Assembly: GCA_964304625.1 (NCBI GenBank)
Contig: OZ199840.1
Location: 9,756,057-9,803,114 of the forward strand
Reading direction: 5' to 3'
DNA length: 47,058 nucleotides
Source of the DNA: Kudoa neothunni
Taxonomy: Eukaryota > Animalia > Cnidaria
The position numbers and the translations under genes were made by a program. The notes under the pieces were generated by a model. That model made no database searches and was not told the DNA's origin. It worked only from the letters and a program-made list of their open reading frames with translations. This document shows, one piece after another, positions 1 to 9,460 of the stretch; within the stretch, counting starts at the first letter, position 1, and every line of letters begins with the position of its first letter.

Positions 1-2372
1 TGTTTTATAGTCACGTATTATACTAACAAACAATTTTTTTGTTAGATCAGTTGGGTCTTCAATTATTGGTTCTAAATTTTATGTTTTAGTAATCGTTAAT
101 GATATATAATTTTTAATATATATTGTAAAATAATAACTCGGGGCTAGAATGATGGGAGTTTCTTCAGAACGATCAACAGCTGTAACCAAAATTTTATATT
201 CTTTCGAAGCGTCGTAACCTTCACTGAATATAATATTGTTACAATATGGTACTTCGGAGCATGATTTGGTATCGTTTGATGTAGTTTCTGACGACTGTTC
301 TACTGTACCAGCTCTTGCAATGGAAACTTTTTCGACATTAATTAATGATCCAGCCAATGGTGGTTGAATTGGTTCTGCAGGACATGAATATATTGTATCC
401 CACGATTCTCCATTTTTAACAGTGATTTTATAATGGCATTTTATGTCACTAATCGGTGTAGACAATTTTCCTATCATTTTATATCCTTTGTCCAATGTTT
501 CCTTCGTAAGAGTAAGAGTCGAATAAGCTATCGTATTTATAAAAATAATAGTTCATTCAATTATACTACTCGTTTTAATACTTGTGAATGTAATAGAACC
601 ATATTCTTCATATGCAACCACTTTAATATCGTAGGTAGTATTGAGTTCGAGGTCAATTAATTTCTTGGACTCCCTACATAAACCTCTACAAGGATTACTA
701 TCTACACATGTTGCTTCGAAAAATTTGTTCATTCCTGCTATACTGACAAAGTAATCACATGTGGGTTCCGTTTTGACTGTTCCAGGATCACCGATAATTG
801 CTTTAACTATGCTAGTTGAATCACCCGCAATAGGTTTTGCAGTATTAAAATTTGTGTCAGTTTTTTTATCTGAAATTATTAATTAATTCGAATATTATGA
901 TAACTTTAATACTTGTTTGGACAAAAATGTATTCCTTAAAATCTGCATAGTTTTTTATAGTATTAGTAGTTGTAGTAGTAATAGGTACAACTACTATCAT
1001 TAGAGGTCGTCCTTCAGGTAATCCTTGAATAATGAGAGTATCATTACAATTATTTACACAACCACCCGGATTTGAACATGTTGGAGCTATAAATTCATTA
1101 TTTTTGGTAGTATCTGCGACATAATATTTGATTGCACACCGATCAAATCTCGTAGTTACGCCACTTGGCTTAAATAATTCCACATTTAACTTTACTCCAG
1201 AATTGGTGACTGATACTAATGCATTATCATTTCCAGTTGGTTCGATGATGGCTAAAATATAATTAGACAGTTTATCTAATTATTTATACCAAATTTTTTG
1301 TATGTAAATCCTTCGAACGATCCACCCTGTTTTTCCGATAAACTATGGTGTCTTCTTCGTACCAATATTTCTACAATTGGCTTTGTTGGAGTAATAGTGA
1401 GTTCTACGTCGTTACAGGGGGCGTAGCATTGTTTTTCAGAACTGCCGCAATTTGATGAAAAACCGGTTTTAGACTTTGCTGCATCCAATGCATCTCTGAT
1501 ACTAAAGTGGCATATTTCATTAGGAATTGGATTCGTAAATTTTAGTTGATATTTGGTTTTATCCTGAGCAGATTTGTATTTAACATAGAATTGTGGCTTG
1601 TAAACGTCTATATTTTCTTTCATATAATAATTTGGCATGTGGTAATAGAAAATAGGATAATCGGAGCATCTCACTTCAAAATACGGGATTTTTATTCCAT
1701 ATTCAACAGTATTAATATTAATAGTGTCATTAGCTTTACCACAGTCTGCTGCTTTAGGCACATCTTTGTATTTTATTCCTTTGTAATAAATGGGACAAGC
1801 GACAGGTTTGCATGTGATGGCTTCCAACTTTAAATATTTCCGATTTGTGGATGGTTTTATGTTCGGATCAATTAATAATGCTAAATATTTATTAATTATT
1901 TAACTAAGCTTTAAACTTACGAATTCTAAATCCAAAAACTTTTCCTCCCTTTGGGAGACACGATCCTTCAACATCACCACCGGACGAACCATCTTTAATA
2001 TAAATGTATTTTGATCTAGGTGATAGTTGTGTATATGTAAGCTTATTGTCGGTGCCAGCGCAATTCCGTACACATTTATCCTGAACATCACTAACTTTAC
2101 TTGGACATGTTTCAATTTCGACAAAGTTATTTCCTTCAGCATTTTCTTTCATTATGCGGCACTTATTTTGGCCTATGTATTGTGTTCCTTTCAGTTCGAT
2201 ATGAATCTTATTGGTGTTAGTATCGGAATGATCTAGCTGATAAAAAACTTCTCTTTCAACAGTAGCGTCATCGGAGTAACAAGTAATTAAAACTAAATGA
2301 AATTCACCAGAATCAAACAGATATTTGTATACGTGAAAATATGATGACCAACGAAAAAGGTTCCATTTTCAT
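1..2372 (-). CDS. Paralog A of the multi-exon Cys-rich cell-surface protein family (3' end runs off the window)
   Basis: Manual splicing: ATG at 2372; GT-AG introns at 2293-2332, 1881-1920, 1252-1289, 870-912, 528-569, 72-137. Internal exons are 372/591/339/300/390 nt, all multiples of 3, phase 1-1. N-terminus MKMEPFSLVIIFSLLITCYS-DD is signal-peptide-like. Colinear with the four other copies. Confidence 0.88.
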
Positions 2373-3362
2373 TATAATCATCAATTAACCTAAAAATATA
2401 AATCTGTTATTCTAAATATATTCAGTTATTAAGCTTCTTATTTTAATACGAACTAAAAAATGAATGCATATAATTATAAATAAATTGTTTTATAAATATA
2501 GTCGGAGCTAAATCATCAAGATAGAGTTTTTAATAAAATATAATAAAAATAATTAGAGTTAATATGTCGTTGGGGTTTATTTTATTATTTTATATCTATT
2601 TCCGATAAAGATCAATGTATTCTTTGATTATTGTTAGGCATATTTATTTGTAGAGTACGAAAGTTACTTTTATTTCATTTTCACCGAACTTATCTTTTAT
2701 AAGGAAATATAAAAGCTTTATATTAAAAAATAAGACATCTTATTAAATTAGTAAAAAGATCAATTTCTTGATGAAATTCTAGTTTTATGAAAGCTTCTAA
2801 TCCTTTGTCATTTATAATAAAAACTGTCGTACATTTTTTATTATTGGAAGTATTTACATCTGCAAGAAATTTCTATTCGTCACATATCGTTCAATATGTA
2901 AATGATATTTTTATTATTTAAATAAATCTTTCAAATTATTTATTTATAACTCATCTTTATGTTAATTAAGGAAATAATGTCTAGTCTTTATGTAAATCGA
3001 TCTGCAAGCTGAATTTTGTAACTTACAGAGAATAGTATTATCACTCATTAATTTTGTTTTGTACTATTATTGATATTATTCGTTTATCTATCAATAGTTT
3101 TCACTTCTATTATTATTAATGCTTCATATTTAAAGATAATGAAGCAACCTTATCACATTTGTCTTAATTAATTATAACTGTTGTATAGACAAGAATAATT
3201 TCTGTTGTAACTTTTATAGTCATAATGTTATATAATAAGAATAATCCAATTAATATATCTTTCATTATCTAAAATAAAAATTATCTACAACCCCCCAAAC
3301 ACACAAAATATACTTCTTGAGTCTATTTAAATAATCGATTTAATTCAAACAAATGAGGAATT
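2373..3362 (-). promoter_or_regulatory. Duplicated 5' flank of paralog A (homologous to 9461-10332 and 23285-24300)
   Basis: Alignable non-coding blocks upstream of A, B and C, e.g. TTATCTTTTATAA(C/G)GAAATA.AAAAGC.TTATAT.AAAAAATAA. B/C homology extends ~1.7-2 kb (to ~11180 and ~25260). Regulatory role is inferred only from position. Confidence 0.5.
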
Positions 3363-3933
3363 TTGGTAATGGGGGAGTGTGCAGCTCCCATTTTTCACCC
3401 CCTTGCGCATGTCTGACAATCCCGATTTTATTTTAAATCAATTATTCACTATTTTAAACTTTTGGCCGAACAACAATTCGCTTCATAATTCACTTCTAAA
3501 AATTTTGCCAAAATTCACGTTCGGCTTCAATCGGTGCGTGTGCATGTGAATGCGCAAGGTAGTTTTGTTCTATTTTCAATATGAATTTATCATATTACTC
3601 ATGATTAAGCGTGTTTTGTCTTGCTTAAATTTAATATGAATAGTCGGAACGTCGCGGAATGTAAAAATAGCTGTTTATAGCTGCACGAAATAACTAAAAT
3701 GTATTAATTTCGTCTGCCAAATTGTTCTAGCTCTCTGCTTGTGCAAAATCGTTTATCATGAAATTTATTAGTTTATATATTATTTTTAATATTCCAAACC
3801 AATTTTAAAATAAGCTAATCCACAAATATATCACATGTATTATTAATATTCTTTCAAAAGCATAATAACTAAGAATTAATTCACATAAACTTTTAATATT
3901 ATATATGAAATCCATAAATTTGCAGTTTTATAC

Positions 3934-4098
3934 TGTTAGGGAAAGGAATCATCGTTCAAATATAACAATAATAATATAGAGGCTAATATAAGGGTATTTA
4001 TATAGTTAGCGCCAACTGTATATTAATACACAGGTACCGACCAAGATAACGTGTGTCATTGTAACTTTGACGCCGAAGACTAACTGTTAGCCCCAACA
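3934..4098. mobile_element. Solo LTR (165 bp) nested in the Merlin element
   Basis: Termini TGTTAGGG...CCCCAACA (TG..CA with short inverted repeat); perfect 5-bp TSD TATAC (3929-3933 and 4099-4103); second copy at 17916. Confidence 0.85.
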
Positions 4099-4559
4099 TA
4101 TACATTTTTATAAATTTTGGATAGAGTCGTTGTGAATTTATAAAATGATTTCATTGGAACTCTCTACAAGTTTTTATTCGATATAGTTTTTCACCAAGAT
4201 ATTTTTCGTAAATAAGTCGTATAAGTTAAAAAAGCATGTTTTTATTTTTATCATTTTAATTCTATATAAAAATAAAATTTTGTGATTTCATTTATAGTTT
4301 TTAGTTTCCTACATTAGAAACATAACTCACGATAAATTAAAAATTGTAATTCATGTATTATTACGTTCTTGTGAGGTTAAAAAGCTAACACTACAATAAT
4401 CAATGATTCTGTTTAAAAATAATTCAAGAATATAGAGGAGATTATAAAACTCTATTTAAATATTATATTTATTTTCTATTTAGCATTGCGCATAGAATAA
4501 GAAGCAAATTTAAAAGAACCAAAAAATGGAATTATTATTCAATTAATTCTAAGAGATAG

Positions 4560-5700
4560 GGTAGAGTGTATTTATCGAATTTAAAATAAAATCGAAAAAT
4601 TCCCATTTATTGCTAAACTTCGATCACATCCATTCTTCGTGAAGATATGAATCAAGGTACGCTCTGGGGACACCACTCACCCGTCGTAATAATTTGGTCT
4701 TAAGATGGTGCCACACAACTTCCACTGTATATTTGTGGTAACCTTCTCTTGTAACATATTCCTTGGAATGGTTAATATTTTATGGGTAAATCCATACATT
4801 CCAAGGGTTTGATATGCTTCGCATTCATCAGTAAATATCGTGGAACCAGGCTCAACTTCTTGATGTATTAATGATATCAATGCACTCTCATCCCTTCTTT
4901 GAACAACAAAAAATCTGGATTCTAATAGATTTCTTTTGCTTTCATTGTCGACGGAGCATTCGCATATCCCGACCACCCAAGGCCCTTCGATACAATTACC
5001 ATAACGCTCAACAGTGTAGGAATTTTCACAGCTTTCGATTTCGTCATTTTTCGATTCAGATAGAATATAGGTTTCATTAGGGGCGTTTCTCAACCAACCT
5101 TATGCCAAATATCGTCTACGATTATTTTTTCGCTTCCCCCTTAGGAGACATTTGTCAATATCGATAACTTTTTTAGGGCCACCAAATTTTGAACGCAAAT
5201 AAAACGATTCAGTTGAAATCATCCCAAATTTGAAAAACCAACATGTAACCGTTTTTCCAGATAATTGTGCCAAGCTAACTGTTCTGCTCGCTGTTCTTCG
5301 AAACTCCATACATATATTATCTCAAATATTTCCTGAATTGTTAAATTTTAACAATTATTCCCAAATGCGTTAGTCATTGAAAAGAACGTTGATGTCTGAG
5401 GAGAACAATGAGTTCTGCATTTTGTACTGTAGGAAAATAAAATATTTTTTACTAACAACATTACTTGGAACATACATATGAAAATCTTTCAGCTAACTTA
5501 TTGTATCGTTCACTCAAAGCATTAATACTTAATTTTCGTTTAATAACTTTCAGTTTAAAACTATTGCATCTTCCGCAATTCCTGCATCTTGTAGGAATTC
5601 AGATAAGATTTTTGTCAATTAACAAATTTGTTAGTTTCTCGATGCTGAGTAAAATGTTGTAACATCGGCGTTGGCTACTGATAAACACCATAACGAAGAT
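4560..5700 (-). pseudogene. Merlin/ISXO2-type DDE transposase pseudogene
   Basis: GGPKKVIDIDKCLLRGKRKNNRRR (cf. GGPG.IVEIDES.FGKRKYNRGR), WVVGICE, EVEPGSTIFTDECEAY, frameshifted HKYTVEVVWHHLK (cf. HTNTIEG.W), N-terminal CRNC. Stops and frameshifts present; ends approximate. Confidence 0.85.
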
Positions 5701-6274
5701 TTGGTAAATGTCGTGTTAACTACAATGAAAACTACTCTGAAAATGTAAAAATGTGTTATTTATGTTTGGTACAAATAAAAAATACATTAATTATTAGGGG
5801 TCCATAAAATAAATTATATATACATTCGAATGAATTTTAGGCAAAACCGAAAATTTAAGAGAGAAATCTATAAAAAGTTTCTTCTTAGCGTGTTCTCAAG
5901 AAATTGGCATAATCGATCTGATGCGGTTAACGCGGTAATGTTTTCCATTAAGGTCGACAGAAAGATTAAAATTTGTTGAAATAATAGTGGTAAAACATAT
6001 TGGAAATTTAAAGCAAGGCAAAAACATGCTTAATCATGAGTAATATGTTAAATTCATATTGAAAATAGAACCAAACTACCTTGCGAATTCACATGCACAC
6101 GCACCGATTGAAGCCGAACGTGAATTTTAGCAAAATTTTTAGAAGTGAATTATGAAGCGAATTGTTGTTCGGCCAAAAGTTTAAAATAGTGAATAATTGA
6201 TTTAAAATAAAATCGGGATTGCCAGACATGCGCAAGGGGGTGAAAAATGGGAGCTGCGCATTCCTCCATTATCC

Positions 6275-6396
6275 ATTATAATTTTTGTATCGTTTAATAA
6301 TATTTTTTTGATTATGTTTATGCAAAAAAAACTTGGGGTCCAAAAGACCCCAAGTTTGTTGGAGGGTAGTCATTTTTACATAACTTAGAGGGTTAA
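6275..6396. mobile_element. Orphan piggyBac-like terminus
   Basis: Subterminal inverted repeat AACTTGGGGTC-caaaa-GACCCCAAGTT, then ...AGAGGG followed by TTAA (6393-6396), as in piggyBac ends. Confidence 0.55.
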
Positions 6397-6578
6397 AGAC
6401 GGGTTATAACTTATAACCCAAACTTTCAACTGAAATTAAATAATTATACTTCAAATTAATTTTAATAGAAATATTGGATGAAATAAATAATTATAAAATA
6501 TTCATTTAAATTAGTTATGAATCATGATAAATAATATTATTCATTATCTACTACAAAAAAGAATATTTGTATCATTCT

Positions 6579-9460
6579 TTATTTCTTTCTGTAGGCCATA
6601 AAACCTCCTATTCCTCCGATAAGTATAATTGCAGCAACAACCGACACTATAATACTAAACGAAAAAATTAAAAAAACGACTACTCACATCACATACATTG
6701 TTATATTGCCTGACCTATAAAATAATAATTACATACAAAAATAATTATAAATAAATTTACGTTGATTTGCTAGCAGTTGCACCTAAAATTAGAGTTATAC
6801 AATATTTCTAAGTATTTAAGAATTGGATCACCTTTGTCAATTTCAGCTGTACCAAATATTGTTCCATCCATGCTGTAGAATACGGTCAGATGATAGTCGT
6901 TTAGATCCTCCACATTTTCAATCGTAAAATTCTTACAGCTTGGAAGGGTCGTACAATCATCTCCTCCGTTACTCATACATTTTTTGACGGTTGGTCTAGC
7001 CACGTCGTTTGAATTAATTAACATCCACATACATTTGGACTCTCCATCTATTCCAACTGGAAGTATGGTCGTTATCTGTAATGTTTTATCGTCACGTACT
7101 ATACTAACAAACATTTTTTTTGTTAGATCAGTTGGATCTTCAACTAATGGTTCTAAATTTTATGTTTTAATAATCGTTAATGATGTATAATTTTTAATAT
7201 ATATTGTAAAATAATAACTCGGGGCTAGAATGAAATGAGTTTCTTCAGAACGATCAACAGCTGTAACAAAAATTTTATATTCTTTCGAAGCGTCGTAACC
7301 TTCACTGAATATAATATTGTTACAATATGGTACTTCGGAGCATGATTTGGTATCGTTTGATGTAGTTTCTGACGACTGTTCTACTGTACCAGCTCTTGCA
7401 ATGGAAACTTTTTCGACATTAATTAATGATCCAGCCAATGGTGGTTGAATTGGTTCTGCAGGACATGAATATATTGTATCCCACGATTCTCCATTTTTAA
7501 CAGTGATTTTATAATGGCATTTTGCGTCATTAAACGGTGTGGACAATTTTCCTATCACTTTAAATCCTCTGTCCAATGCTTCCTTCGTAAAAGTAAGAGT
7601 CGAATATGCTATCATACTTTTAGTAATAATAGTACATTTAAGTATAATACTCGTTTTAATGTTTGTGAATGTGGTAGAACCATATTCTTTATAAGCAACT
7701 ACTTTAATATCGTAGGCAGTATTGAGTTCGAGGTCAATTAATTTCTTGGACTCCCTACATAAACCTCTACAAGGATTACTATCTACACATGTTGCTTCGA
7801 AAAATTTGTTCATTCCTGCTATACTGACAAAGTAATCACATGTGGGTTCCGTTTTGACTGTTCCAGGATCACCGACAATTGCTTTAACTATGCTAGTTGA
7901 ATCACCCGCAATAGGTTTTGCAGCATTAAAATTTGTGTCAGTTTTTTTATCTGAAATTATTAATTAATTAATTCGAATGTTATGATAACTTTAATACTTG
8001 TTTGGACAAAAATGTATTCCTTAAAATCTGCATAGTTTTTTATAGTAGTAGTATTAGATGTAACTACTATCATTATTGGTCGTCCTTCAGGTAATCCTTG
8101 AATAGTGCGAGCATCATTACAATTATATTTGCACTCATCCTTTTTTAAACATGGGTCTATAAATTCATTATTTTTGGTAGTATCTGCAACATAATATTTG
8201 ATTGCACACCGATCAAATCTCGTAGTTTCGCCAGATGGCGCCAATAATTTCACATTTAAAATGACTCCAGTATCTGTGACTGATACTAGAGCATTTTCGT
8301 TTTCAGCTGGTTCAATGATGGCTAAAATATAATTAGATAGTTTATCTAATTATTTATACCAAATTTTTTGTATGTAAATCCTTCGAACGACCCATTCTCT
8401 TTTGCCGATAAACTATGGTGTCTTCTTCGTACCAATATTTCTACAATTGGCTTTGTTGGAGTAATAGTGAGTTCTACGTCGTTACAGGGGGCGTAGCATT
8501 GTTTTTCAGAACTGCCGCAATTTGATGAATAACCAGGGGGGTTTGAGGAGCTTACTACATTCGATGCATCTTTGATACTAAAGAGGCATATTTCATTAGG
8601 AATTGGATTCGTAAATTTAAGTTGTAATTTAGTATTCGAATCGACAGATTTGTAGCTAACGTAGAATTGTGGCTTGTAAACGTCTATATTTTCTTTCATA
8701 TAATAGTTTGGCATATGGTAATAGAAAATAGGATAGTCGGAGCATCTCACTTCAAAATACGGGATTTTAATTCCATATTCAACAGTATTAATATTAATAG
8801 TGTCATTAGCTTTACCACAGTCTGCTGCTTTAGGCACATCTTTGTATTTTATTCCTTTGTAATAAATGGGACAAGCGACAGGTTTGCATGTGATGGCTTC
8901 CAATTTTAAATATTTCCGTTGTGTGGATGGTTTTATGTTTGGATCCACCAACAAAGCTAAATACTCCTTAATTTTGATAAATAATGTTTAACATACGAAT
9001 TGCAAGCCCAAAAACTTTTCCTCCCTTTGGGAGACTCGACACTTTAACATTTCCAGCAGATGAATCATCTTTTATATAAATGTATTTTGATCTTGGGGAT
9101 AGTTTACTGTATTCCAGCTTATTGTTGGCACCAGCACAAGTCCTCACGCACATATTTGTAATGCTAGCCTCATTGCCTTCGCATGTAATGATTTCGCTAA
9201 AATCATTTCCTGTAGCGTTTTCTTGCATCATGCGACATTTTTTCGTTGTCGAATATTGTGTTCCTTTCAGTTCAATATGAACTTTACTAGTGTTACTTTC
9301 GGAATTATCTATTTGATAGAAAACTTCTCTTTCAGCAGAAATGGAACTGGTATCATCGGAATAACTAGTATATATAACTAAATGAAATTTACTCAAATCG
9401 AACGATGAATTGTTTACGCGATAAAATTATGACCAATATTAAGGGGCCTATTTTCATCAT
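6579..9460 (-). CDS. Paralog B, complete 10-exon type I membrane protein (~823 aa)
   Basis: Introns 9378-9417, 8957-8996, 8322-8359, 7951-7997, 7609-7650, 7153-7218, 6783-6831, 6715-6760, 6655-6696 join into one open frame. Signal peptide MMKIGPLILVIILSLIYTSYS; C-terminal TM IIIVSVVAAIILIGGIGGFMAY, then RKK-stop (TAA 6579-6581). Confidence 0.9.

Larger units (their letters stand above)
3365..6274 (-). mobile_element. Merlin (IS1595/ISXO2-like) DNA transposon with ~265-bp terminal inverted repeats, decayed
   Basis: 3365-3630 is the near-perfect reverse complement of ~6007-6274; both ends start GG(A)TAATGG. Internal transposase fragments. No clean TSD found. Confidence 0.85.

Noticed and set aside
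433-660. Recurring plus-strand ORFs (433-660, 1546-1833, 7514-7741, 8667-8909, 21360-21587, 22458-22745, 28596-28877, 39148-39396, 40176-40535)
   Set aside because: Antisense shadows of conserved minus-strand exons; they recur only because the gene is duplicated.
79-2152. Reading the ORF pieces as an operon of small genes, or as a frameshifted pseudogene
   Set aside because: Every break coincides with a GT-AG segment at the same position and phase in all copies, and removal yields one open frame.
6578-6583. AATAAA overlapping the stop codon as poly(A) signal
   Set aside because: Too common in sequence this AT-rich to call without 3'-end data.
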